DNA of 64,000 nucleotides from Pelagibacteraceae bacterium (GTDB lineage: Bacteria > Pseudomonadota > Alphaproteobacteria > HIMB59 > GCA-002718135). The notes under the pieces are model-generated. The model did not search any database. It was not told the origin of the DNA and saw only the letters and a program-made list of their open reading frames with translations. The stretch spans positions 2,802-66,801 of the forward strand of contig PBDW01000020.1 of NCBI GenBank assembly GCA_002717485.1, in the 5' to 3' direction. Below, piece after piece: positions 9,524 to 18,929 of this stretch; within the stretch, counting starts at the first letter, position 1; every line of letters begins with the position of its first letter. A program made the position numbers and the translations under genes.

Positions 9524-10171
9524 ATGACTGAAATATTAATTCCTGGACCAGAAGGCAGAATTGAGGCAAGGTACAGGCACGGAAGTATAGATAATTCGAA
9601 TGTAGCACTGATTCTTCACCCTGACCCAAGCAGGGGTGGCACAATGAACACCAAGGTTGTTTACCAGGTGTTTCAATGCTTTGTAGAAAATGGCTTTTCA
9701 ACGTTAAGGTTTAACTTTAGGGGAGTTGGAAAAAGTGAAGGAAGTTTTGACGGCGGTGAAGGTGAGTTATCAGATTCTGCAGTAATACTTGACTGGCTTC
9801 AAAATCATAATCCAAATTCTAAATCTTGTTGGGTAGCAGGCTTTTCATTTGGATCTTGGATAGCAATGCAATTATTAATGAGAAGACCTGAATTAGATTA
9901 TTTTATAAGTATTTCTCCTCCTGCAAATAGCAGGGACTTTAGTTTTCTTGCGCCTTGTCCTTCTTCAGGTTTATTTATCCATGGGGATAAAGACGAAATA
10001 GCATCTTATGATACAGCAAAAATATTAAGTGAAAAATTAAAAAAACAAAAAAAAATTAATATTGAATTTAAAACTGTTAAAGGTGCTGATCATTTTTATG
10101 TTAATCATATGGATAACCTTAAAATAATAATTAATGAATATATTGCTGAAAACAAAAAAGTAAACTCATAA
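9524..10171 (+). CDS. alpha/beta-fold hydrolase (COG2945-like)
   Basis: 215 aa. It has the nucleophile elbow GFSFGS, a late HGDKDEI block and a terminal ADHF, a Ser/Asp/His arrangement. Confidence 0.8.
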   Translation: MTEILIPGPEGRIEARYRHGSIDNSNVALILHPDPSRGGTMNTKVVYQVFQCFVENGFSTLRFNFRGVGKSEGSFDGGEGELSDSAVILDWLQNHNPNSKSCWVAGFSFGSWIAMQLLMRRPELDYFISISPPANSRDFSFLAPCPSSGLFIHGDKDEIASYDTAKILSEKLKKQKKINIEFKTVKGADHFYVNHMDNLKIIINEYIAENKKVNS

Positions 10172-11248
10172 TTATTTTAATAATTTTCCTCCAGATAAGG
10201 GTCGATCTACACCGGTAGTATGGGGATATGATATTGCTTTTTTCTTCAAACTTCTTACAGCTAAATATCCAAAAGCAGATGCTTCGAATAAATCTCCATC
10301 TATTTTTAGATTTTCCGATGTATCAATTTTAATTTTAATTCTACTTTTTAATTTTTGGATTAGATCAATATTTTTTCTACCTCCGCCAACAAGGATAATT
10401 TGGTCCAATTTATTTATATATTTACGAATTCCTAAATAAATAGTTTCCGTGATAAAATCATTTATAGTTGAAAGTCCATCTTTTAATGAGAGATTAAAAA
10501 TTTCATCAAATTTAATATCTAGTCTGTCAAGAGACTTAGGGGGAATTTTTGAAAAATATGGGTTTTTTAATAATTTAGCAAGTATCTTTTTATCTGTTAT
10601 TCCTTTTTGAGCGTTAAGACCATTTTTATCAAATTCTTTGTTGATTTTTTTTCTAACAAAAATATTTGAAAAATTACAGCAAGGTCCACAATCAAAAGCT
10701 ATCATTTTACTACCACTTAGTATTGTAATATTTGATATTCCTCCTAAATTTAGAAAAGCAACATTCTTCATATTAAATTTTGTTTTAATTAATTTGTGAA
10801 AGATGGGAGTAAGAGGAGCCCCATTTCCGCCATTTACTATGTCATTAGTTCTAAAGTCATAAATAATAGGAATTTTTAAACTTGAAAAGATTCTTTGAGC
10901 GTTACCTATTTGCCATGAAAAACCTTTGTTTGGCAAATGTGTGATTGTTTGACCGTGAAAGCCAATTAAATCAATCTTTTTTTTGTTTAAACAAATAATT
11001 TTTTTTAGCTTTTTAATCACAAAATCCGTATATTCTTTTTCAATAATATTAAGAACACTGTCTCTCTTATGAGATCCTAGAATTGAGCGAAGTGAAATTT
11101 TCAAGGTATCAGGAAAATCTACTGTATAACCACCTAAAAATTTTAAATTATCTTCTCCATCAGTTTCAACAATTGAAAGATCCAGGCCATCTTGAGAAGT
11201 GCCACTCATTATTCCTAATGAGACATAATTTTTTGTGGACATAATCAT
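10172..11248 (-). CDS. anmK: anhydro-N-acetylmuramic acid kinase
   Basis: N-terminal GIMSGTSQDGLD and GGGRKN motifs of AnmK. It is convergent with the hydrolase gene with a 0-nt gap. Confidence 0.9.
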   Translation of the reverse strand: MIMSTKNYVSLGIMSGTSQDGLDLSIVETDGEDNLKFLGGYTVDFPDTLKISLRSILGSHKRDSVLNIIEKEYTDFVIKKLKKIICLNKKKIDLIGFHGQTITHLPNKGFSWQIGNAQRIFSSLKIPIIYDFRTNDIVNGGNGAPLTPIFHKLIKTKFNMKNVAFLNLGGISNITILSGSKMIAFDCGPCCNFSNIFVRKKINKEFDKNGLNAQKGITDKKILAKLLKNPYFSKIPPKSLDRLDIKFDEIFNLSLKDGLSTINDFITETIYLGIRKYINKLDQIILVGGGRKNIDLIQKLKSRIKIKIDTSENLKIDGDLFEASAFGYLAVRSLKKKAISYPHTTGVDRPLSGGKLLK

Positions 11249-11280
11249 AGCAAATAAAATATATTATTAATAAACTAAAT

Positions 11281-12534
11281 ATGTCTAATTATAAATCAGA
11301 TTTCATAAGAGAAATTTACTCTAGAGGTTATATTCATCAATCAACGGATTTAACCGCTATTGACAAAAAATTATCAAAAATGAAAATGACTGCCTATATT
11401 GGCTTTGATGCAACATCAGATAGTCTACATATTGGCAGCCTTATCCCTTTAATGTTATTATCTTGGTTCCAGCATTTTGAAAATAAACCAATAGCTTTAA
11501 TAGGAGGTGGAACAACTATGGTTGGAGACCCTTCTGGAAAAGATGAATCTAGACGTTTAATGAAAATAAATGAAATAAGTAAAAATAAGGATTCTATTAA
11601 AAAAATCTTTAAAAAATTTATTACCTTTAATGATAATAAAGCTTTAATGCTAGACAACTATCAGTGGCTCTCAAAAAAAAATTACATTGATTTTATTAGA
11701 ACTGTTGGAAGCCATCTGACAATAAATAGAATGTTAAATTTTGATTCAGTAAAATCAAGACTATCAAGAGAACAGCCTCTAAGCTTTCTTGAATTTAATT
11801 ATATGATTTTACAATCTTATGACTTTCTTCATTTAAATAAGAATTACGCTTGTGAAATGCAGATGGGGGGATCTGACCAGTGGGGAAATATTGTTAATGG
11901 TATTGAGCTGGTTCGTAAAATTAATAATAAAACTGTATATGGCATAACCTCTCCTCTAATTACTACATCTTCAGGAGAAAAAATGGGAAAAACTGCTTCC
12001 GGCGCTATTTGGCTCAATAAGGAAAAATTGAAAAGTTATGATTTTTATCAATTCTGGAGAAATATCGATGATATTGATGTGGGCAAATTTCTTAAACTTT
12101 TTACATTTTTGGACTTAAATGAAATTTCAAAACTTTCTAAATTAAAAGGTTCCGAAATTAACGAGGCTAAAAAAATCTTGGCTTTCGAGGTCACGAAAAT
12201 ATGTAGAGGTCATAATGAAGCAAAAAAAGCAGAATCAATGGCCAAAAATACGTTTGAAAAAGGTGCTGCTGACGAAAGAATGGCTACTTTTAAAATAAAA
12301 AAATCAAGTTTAAAAAATAATGAGATATCAATTGTTGATGCAATGATAAAATTAAATTTAATCAATTCAAGAGGCGAAGCAAAAAGATTAATAAAAGGTG
12401 GCGGTGTAAAAATTAATAATGCAACAATAAAGGATATAAACTTAATAGTTAATGAAACATATTTTAAAAATAAAGATGTTGCGAGAATAGCATGTGGAAA
12501 AAAGCGCTTTGGGCTTATAAAGGTTATTAATTAA
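11281..12534 (+). CDS. tyrS: tyrosine--tRNA ligase
   Basis: HIGH-type motif (SLHIGSL), KMSKS-type motif (EKMGKTA) and a C-terminal S4-like domain (GEAKRLIKGGGVKINN). Confidence 0.95.
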   Translation: MSNYKSDFIREIYSRGYIHQSTDLTAIDKKLSKMKMTAYIGFDATSDSLHIGSLIPLMLLSWFQHFENKPIALIGGGTTMVGDPSGKDESRRLMKINEISKNKDSIKKIFKKFITFNDNKALMLDNYQWLSKKNYIDFIRTVGSHLTINRMLNFDSVKSRLSREQPLSFLEFNYMILQSYDFLHLNKNYACEMQMGGSDQWGNIVNGIELVRKINNKTVYGITSPLITTSSGEKMGKTASGAIWLNKEKLKSYDFYQFWRNIDDIDVGKFLKLFTFLDLNEISKLSKLKGSEINEAKKILAFEVTKICRGHNEAKKAESMAKNTFEKGAADERMATFKIKKSSLKNNEISIVDAMIKLNLINSRGEAKRLIKGGGVKINNATIKDINLIVNETYFKNKDVARIACGKKRFGLIKVIN

Positions 12535-15299
12535 TTGTTATTTATTTTTTTTAAATCAAAAATTTTCCAAAATTCTTTAAATATTCCTGGTGTTAAAATG
12601 GACAAGGGATTAACAAAATATTTTGGTTCCTTAACAGTACCCTTAACGCTGTAACTTGCTGCAAGAACCCCTCCTCCTTCTATCCCAGTTAAAATATCTC
12701 CAAGAATAGGAATATTTCCTACCCAACTATCAATAGCATGGGTTGGAGCGACAAGTCCCTGAAGATTTATAGAATCATCTGTTTTATCTAAAGTTCCCTC
12801 TAATGAAAGAGCCATCAAACCACCATATGTTTTACCTTCAGTAATTTTATATAACTTATTTCTTTTCTTTATTTTCATAGAAGAATATTCAAAATCTTCT
12901 GTATCTCCTGCTAATTGTTTTTGTATATCAAAAATTCTAATTACTTTAATAAAGTTAGATATCTTCGATTGTTTTTTTATTGCAAAGTCTTTTAATATTA
13001 GATCGGCATCAAAAGAATTGTCATTTTCAAGGCTATGGTATTTTCCTTTGAAATGAAGCCTGCCACCTCTAATAGATTTTGATATTTTTTTAATTAATAA
13101 TGTGTTCTCTGCACTTGATGATAATATATTAACATTTCTACCCATTTCTTTATTAGGTGAAATAGTGATTTGTATATCTCCTTCTGAAGCAAAAAAACTC
13201 TTAAAATTTAATTTTTGCCACACATTCTTAAAATTACCCTGCAATTTAGTATTAATAAATTTCGTATTGTTTATGTAATCTAGATTATCAACATCTATAT
13301 TTACATTAATTAACATATTCTTTAGAGAAGATTTTGTTTCATTAACATTTAAAAAAGAAAGATCTAATTTTTTTCCATATATATTTATATCAACATTATT
13401 TAAGTTATTTTTTTCATCCAAGTTTAAATTAAGATTTCCTGAGAAGTTATTTTTTCCAATTAACATATTATCAAAATCAATTCTTTTTATAAAATCATTA
13501 TGAATTTCTACTTTTCCATCAATCTTAACTCCGTTACCATCAATAGAGAGTTTATCGAGTATTTTAATTTTTTCATCACTTTCGATGTATTGAAATGACA
13601 CGCTTTGCTTTATGCCAACATCTTTTGTATATTTTATTTTATCAATATCAATCTTGGTTTTTGATAGATCAATTAATATCGATTTATTATTTGTTAAATT
13701 ATTTTTAGAGTATGAAAAGTCTATAGGACCAGTAAATGATAAAAATCCACTATTAATATATTTATTTGTATCTTTATTAAAAATTATATCTTTAAATGAG
13801 ATATCAAAAATTTTTATAAAATCTTCAATCTTTTTAATTTTTTCAAATTCATTATAATTTATCTTTTTTAATTGCAATAATAATTCCATATTTGAAAAAC
13901 TATCTATTTCAATATTGTCATTTAATTTAAAAATATCAGCATCAAAATTAGATAATAAGAAATTTTGCATCTGATTATCAAATTTTATTTTGACTTGATT
14001 TTTTGTTCCGTCGAAATCAAGATAATTTGATTCTGAATTAAAAAAGTTTACTTTAAGTGATTGTAAAGTTTTATTAATTATATCATAATTACCTTTTATT
14101 AAATTTCCAAATTTATCAGTTAGATGAAAATCAGTTCCTTGATTTTTTTTATAATTTATTTCAAATGAAAAATTATTCTTCCTAATTAATTCAGAAACTG
14201 TCCAAAAAGGCAAAAAATTATACCTTGATTCATTATTAAGTATTTCATCATTTACTCTTAATTCCTTGCCCTTTATATTAAGAGAAACTAATGAATCTTT
14301 TCTCATTACACCCTTAACAACAGTCTTGTTGTTTGTGCTATTAACCATAAATTCAATATTATTAAAATTATTTAATAGATTTATCTCTACGTTATACTTA
14401 TCATTTTTTACTAAATTCAAATAAGAAAATAAATTATTATATTTCAAGAGTTCGTTAGCTTCTATGTTTAATAAATTAATTTTTGATACGTGATCGTCTT
14501 CAAGAGAATTATATCCACCTGATATGTTAATTTTTTGATTTGCTGAAAAAATATCATATAAAATATCATAACTCCGAAAATCATCTTTAATGAAAATTTT
14601 AACTGTTCCGCTATAAAGATTTTTTAATACTTCTAAATATCTATTACTTGAATAATTTTTAAGAAAACTAACATCATATTTATCAAGATCAATTTTTATA
14701 TTTATAATTTCATTGTCGTAATTATTTATTGTAAAAATATTCTTGCTATTTCCATATTCGATAAATCCTTTGGAAGATATTATGCCAGTTTGGTTATTAA
14801 TATTAAATTCATTAACTATAATGCTGTGATTTTCTGCAATTTCAGATAAATTTATTATGGAATCCGTAATAGAAAAATTTTTAAAATTTTTTAAATTTTC
14901 AATCTGACCTAGAATAATTTTATCTATCGATTGATTGTTTGTAAAATCAATATTTTGATTATTTATTGTAAGGTCAAAATTATTTATTAAAAGTTTTTCA
15001 AAATTATTATTAAATAAATCCTTAAATTCTTTTTCTATAATTAATGTTTTAGCTGATCCTTTTTTTATATACTTATTTTTTTTAAAAACTGGATTTGTTA
15101 TTCTTAATATTATTTTCTTTTCATTAAAATTAGCATTTATATTAAATATAGAATTCTCGTTATCAGTTATTTGTAGCTGACTTGAAATTCTTTCTTTAAT
15201 TAAAGGAAGGGCTAAATTGATAAGTTGATTATGAAAAAAGGCAATCACGAGTATGATTGAAAACAATACTATAAATGTTGCTATATAAGATTTTTTCAT
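12531..15299 (-). CDS. large AsmA/YhdP-like (DUF3971-type) envelope protein
   Basis: 922 aa with an N-terminal TM helix and a long Asn/Ile/Lys-rich body. The conserved C-terminal block LQGLVAPTHAIDSWVGNIPILGDILTGIEGGGVLAASYSVKGTVKEPKYFVNPLS is typical of the AsmA-like C-terminus. Its ATG overlaps the prfB TGA (ATGA). Confidence 0.75.
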   Translation of the reverse strand: MKKSYIATFIVLFSIILVIAFFHNQLINLALPLIKERISSQLQITDNENSIFNINANFNEKKIILRITNPVFKKNKYIKKGSAKTLIIEKEFKDLFNNNFEKLLINNFDLTINNQNIDFTNNQSIDKIILGQIENLKNFKNFSITDSIINLSEIAENHSIIVNEFNINNQTGIISSKGFIEYGNSKNIFTINNYDNEIINIKIDLDKYDVSFLKNYSSNRYLEVLKNLYSGTVKIFIKDDFRSYDILYDIFSANQKINISGGYNSLEDDHVSKINLLNIEANELLKYNNLFSYLNLVKNDKYNVEINLLNNFNNIEFMVNSTNNKTVVKGVMRKDSLVSLNIKGKELRVNDEILNNESRYNFLPFWTVSELIRKNNFSFEINYKKNQGTDFHLTDKFGNLIKGNYDIINKTLQSLKVNFFNSESNYLDFDGTKNQVKIKFDNQMQNFLLSNFDADIFKLNDNIEIDSFSNMELLLQLKKINYNEFEKIKKIEDFIKIFDISFKDIIFNKDTNKYINSGFLSFTGPIDFSYSKNNLTNNKSILIDLSKTKIDIDKIKYTKDVGIKQSVSFQYIESDEKIKILDKLSIDGNGVKIDGKVEIHNDFIKRIDFDNMLIGKNNFSGNLNLNLDEKNNLNNVDINIYGKKLDLSFLNVNETKSSLKNMLINVNIDVDNLDYINNTKFINTKLQGNFKNVWQKLNFKSFFASEGDIQITISPNKEMGRNVNILSSSAENTLLIKKISKSIRGGRLHFKGKYHSLENDNSFDADLILKDFAIKKQSKISNFIKVIRIFDIQKQLAGDTEDFEYSSMKIKKRNKLYKITEGKTYGGLMALSLEGTLDKTDDSINLQGLVAPTHAIDSWVGNIPILGDILTGIEGGGVLAASYSVKGTVKEPKYFVNPLSILTPGIFKEFWKIFDLKKINNN

Positions 15300-16400
15300 G
15301 ATTTAGACTTATAATAAACTAAAGATTTTTCTAAAAACGATGTTAGATTACCGTTTAATACGCCATTAGCATCGCTAGAAGTGAACTCAGTTCTCAAATC
15401 TTTAACCATTTGATATGGATGAAGCACGTAAGATCTTATCTGATTTCCCCATCCAATATCCTTTTTCTTACTAAGCTGCGATTTTTTTTCTTCTTCTTTT
15501 TTTCTTATTTCAAATTCATATAATTTTGATTGGAGCATTTTCAAAGCGGTAGCTTTATTTTTATGTTGCGATCGATTATTTTGACATTGCACAACTATCT
15601 TAGACGGAATATGAGTTATTCTAACAGCACTATCTGTTTTATTTACATGCTGACCCCCGGCTCCAGAAGCTCTGTAAGTATCTATTCTCAATTCAGATTC
15701 TTTAAAATCTATTTCAATTCTTTCATCAACTTCTGGATATACCCATACACTTGCAAAACTAGTATGTCTTCGTTTATTTGAATCAAATGGTGATATTCTG
15801 ACTAGCCTATGAATACCGCTTTCATATTTTAACCAACCAAATGAATAATCTCCATCAATTTTTATCGTTGAAGATTTGATTCCTGCTTCTTCACCATAAT
15901 TCTCTTGAATATTGGTTGTCTTAAAATTTTGATTTTCAGACCATCTTAGGTACATTCTAACCAGCATTTGTGCCCAGTCTTGACTCTCAGTGCCTCCAGC
16001 ACCGGCATGAATTTCAATATAACAATTATTAGTATCTATTTCTTCTGATAATAAATTTTCAGTTTGCAACTGCTTGCTTTTATCACAAATCTTTTTTGAC
16101 ATTATTAACACTTCTTTTAGAATCTTATTATCCAATTCTATTGATGCCATATTGAATATTTCCTTTAAATAATCAAAGTCATCATAAAGTTTTTCTGCTG
16201 AAATAATTTTTTTCTCTAAAATAGATATTTTTTTGAGATACGCTCGTGCCTCGTTTGGATTCTCCCATAAACTCGGATTTTCAGTTTTCTTCTTTAACTC
16301 TCCCAAATCTTTCTTAATTTCAGAAAGGTCAAAGACTCCTCCTTAGCAATTCAATATTATGATTTGCCTGATTAATATTATTTTCAATATCTTGTTGCAT
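15296..16400 (-). CDS. prfB: peptide chain release factor 2, expressed via programmed +1 frameshift
   Basis: Frame 0 reads ATG(16400) MQQDIENNINQANHNIELLRRSL then TGA. A +1 shift at CTT TGA C continues as DLSEIKKDLGELKKKTENPSLWENP.... It carries the RF2-specific SPF motif (RISPFDS) and the GGQ motif (SGAGGQHVNKTDSAVR). The track ORF 15296..16306 is only the downstream frame. Confidence 0.95.
16328..16343 (-). other. prfB +1 frameshift cassette (internal SD + CTT TGA C)
   Basis: The minus strand reads AGGAGG AGT CTT TGA C. The SD-like hexamer lies 3 nt before the slippery CTT and in-frame UGA, the same geometry as the classical prfB site. Confidence 0.9.
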
Positions 16401-16402
16401 AT

Positions 16403-18757
16403 TTAATTTAATAAAAGTCCACCAGTACCAGATAAATCATCTTCATTCATTATATTTGATTTATCATCTAAAATAAACTTCTGAAAAGGCTCTCTTCCCT
16501 GCCTAAAAACTTCAACTATTCCATTTTCTCCAGTAGTTGTTAGACCTGTATCTGGATCAATTTTTACAAAACTTACTCCCGAAGCTACTCTAAATGGTGT
16601 TTTTGGATTGTTTGATAATATTCTTTTCATATATTCCTTAAAGATGGGGACTGCGACGGAAGAGCCGGTTTCTCCGTTGCCAAGAGATTTTGGCTTATCA
16701 TACCCTACATAAACACCAACCACCAAATTAGGAGAAAAACCAACAAACCAAGCATCTTTACTATCATTCGTTGTTCCAGTTTTTCCCGCAAGCGGTCGTT
16801 CTAGGGATTTAATTTTTCTACCTGTACCTCTGAGAACAACTCCCTCCAGCATTGAGACCATTTGGTATGCTATTATAGGATCAACTACCTCTTCGCTGTC
16901 ATCAATTATCTCGGGAAGTTTTTGATTTATAATATTTTGACGCATATCACAATTTAGACAAATCCTTTCATCGTGTCTAAAAATAATTTTACCATTTCTA
17001 TCCTGAATTGTATCAATAAATCCTGGCTTAACTCTTTTACCATTGTTTGCTAACATTGCGTAAGCATTAGAAAGATCTAAAAGTGTGACCTCTCCTGCTC
17101 CAAGAGCCATAGATAAATTCATATCAATATTTTTATCTAATTTAAATCTAGATGCTACGTTTATAATTTTTTCCATACCCAATTTTTGTGCTAAGCGGAC
17201 TGTCATTAAGTTCCTTGATTTTTCAATACCCAACCTCATAGTGCTGAGTCCGTAAAATTCTTTTGTGTAATTTGATGGTTTCCATTTCGGCAATCCAGGC
17301 CCCTGATCAACAACGTAAGGGGCATCTAAGATTACAGTAGATGGTGAAAATCCGTCTTCTAAAGCTGCTAGGTACACGAAAGGTTTAAATGCTGAGCCGG
17401 GCTGCCTGTAAGCTTGAGTGACTCGGTTAAATTCGCTCAATCCAAAATTGTAACCTCCTACCAAAGCCAGTATTTTGCCTGTAAATGGATCAATTGCAAC
17501 TATTCCTCCATTTACTTCAGGTATCTGCCTAATAAAATAATCATTATTTACTTTTTCAACAAAAAGAATGTCACCTTCGCGAGGTGATAGTTTTTTATCT
17601 TTAAAAATCCACTTGTTATTATCATTTATAGGAATTTTAATCTTAGTTTTATCACGTAGTCTTAGATTTAGGTTTTCAATATTTTTCTGATCTAAAAGCG
17701 CAAGAGACCAAGATTTAGGATATTTTCCATTGTATTCATATTCATCAAATTTATCAAAATCATTTTTTATATTATCAATCGGGCCTCTCCATCCATGGCG
17801 ACTATCATATTTTTCAAGCCCCCATTTCAAAACCTTATATGCCTCATCTTGGTAAAAAGTGTCTATTGTCGACCTAACACTCAACCCTCTGCTGTATAAT
17901 GTATTATATCCATACTGTTTATATAAGAATTTTCTTACTTCTTCAGTAAAATCTTTTGCAAAATAAAACTCTTTTTCATCTCTACTTCTAGTTAGCAAGT
18001 CTGCATTAAGAGATAATTCTTTTTCATTAGATGATATGTAATTATTTTCATTCATTTCTTTTAAAACCCAATTTCTTCTTGCTATGGCCTGAGATTTATT
18101 TTTAATTGGATGATAATTATTCGGCGCTTTTGGCAAAGCTGCAAGGTATGCACATTCTGTAAGGGTTAATTCATCTAAAGACTTATTAAAATAATTTAAA
18201 CTTGCAGATGCTACTCCGTAGGACCCTAATCCTAAATATATTTCATTCAAATATAATTCTAATATCTGATTTTTTGTTAAATACCTTTCAATTCTGAGAG
18301 ACAGTATCGCTTCTTTAATTTTTCTTTCTAAACTAAATTCATTACTTAAAAGGAAATTTTTTGCAACTTGTTGAGTAATTGTAGAAGCTCCTACTGGTCT
18401 TTTATTATTCATTAAATTATTTATATTAATAATAACCGCTTTAAATATGCTGAATGGGTCAACGCCAAAATGACTATAAAAGTTCTTATCTTCTGCAGAA
18501 ATAAAGGCATGTATCAGTTTTTGAGGAATTTGCTCTATTGGAATAAATAATCTTTCTTCGATTGAAAATTCATCAAGTAATTTTCCATCAGAAGAAAAAA
18601 CTCTAGTTATAACCGGTGGATCATAGTTTTTTAAAGTGGAATAATCCGGGAGAGAAGCCGAATATTTCCAAAAAATTGCGAATGTAAAGAGGCCACCAGA
18701 CACTGTGATCAAAAATATTACAATAATAAGGCCGTTAATAAGTCTAGATAATTTCAT
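16403..18757 (-). CDS. mrcA: penicillin-binding protein 1A (bifunctional glycosyltransferase/transpeptidase)
   Basis: GT51 motifs (SAEDKNFYSHFGVD, RKIKEA) and transpeptidase motifs SAFKPF (SxxK) and AGKTGTTND (KTG), plus an N-terminal TM anchor. Confidence 0.95.
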   Translation of the reverse strand: MKLSRLINGLIIVIFLITVSGGLFTFAIFWKYSASLPDYSTLKNYDPPVITRVFSSDGKLLDEFSIEERLFIPIEQIPQKLIHAFISAEDKNFYSHFGVDPFSIFKAVIININNLMNNKRPVGASTITQQVAKNFLLSNEFSLERKIKEAILSLRIERYLTKNQILELYLNEIYLGLGSYGVASASLNYFNKSLDELTLTECAYLAALPKAPNNYHPIKNKSQAIARRNWVLKEMNENNYISSNEKELSLNADLLTRSRDEKEFYFAKDFTEEVRKFLYKQYGYNTLYSRGLSVRSTIDTFYQDEAYKVLKWGLEKYDSRHGWRGPIDNIKNDFDKFDEYEYNGKYPKSWSLALLDQKNIENLNLRLRDKTKIKIPINDNNKWIFKDKKLSPREGDILFVEKVNNDYFIRQIPEVNGGIVAIDPFTGKILALVGGYNFGLSEFNRVTQAYRQPGSAFKPFVYLAALEDGFSPSTVILDAPYVVDQGPGLPKWKPSNYTKEFYGLSTMRLGIEKSRNLMTVRLAQKLGMEKIINVASRFKLDKNIDMNLSMALGAGEVTLLDLSNAYAMLANNGKRVKPGFIDTIQDRNGKIIFRHDERICLNCDMRQNIINQKLPEIIDDSEEVVDPIIAYQMVSMLEGVVLRGTGRKIKSLERPLAGKTGTTNDSKDAWFVGFSPNLVVGVYVGYDKPKSLGNGETGSSVAVPIFKEYMKRILSNNPKTPFRVASGVSFVKIDPDTGLTTTGENGIVEVFRQGREPFQKFILDDKSNIMNEDDLSGTGGLLLN

Positions 18758-18929
18758 ATTTACTAATTATTTTACATCATAAGTTGTGAAATTGTTAAAA
18801 ATATGACATTAAGTAGCTACAAATATTATAAATTTTACCAAAAAACGTGAAAAACACTTTATTAAATATACAAAAGTCAAATAACATTAAAACAATCCTT
18901 AACAGTTACCAATTTGGAGTAAAAACATT

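Noticed and set aside
9429-9701. A 90-aa minus-strand ORF spanning the mnmA/hydrolase divergent spacer.
   Set aside because: It overlaps the 5' part of the well-supported alpha/beta hydrolase gene on the opposite strand. It has a Cys/Leu-rich nonsense-like sequence and a non-ATG start.
12531-15299. Highly repetitive-looking AT-rich sequence that could be mistaken for a tandem or CRISPR-like repeat array.
   Set aside because: A single uninterrupted 922-codon reading frame runs through it, with a TM start and a conserved AsmA-like C-terminus. I could not see any regularly spaced identical repeats.
18813-18820. The GTAGCTAC palindrome and several TTGxxx/TAxxxT hexamer pairs in the divergent spacers (mrcA/rne, gpsA/SBP, cupin/rpe), considered as promoter or operator calls.
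   Set aside because: In roughly 30% GC sequence such matches are abundant by chance, and I could not find pairs with convincing spacing. They are not reported as features.
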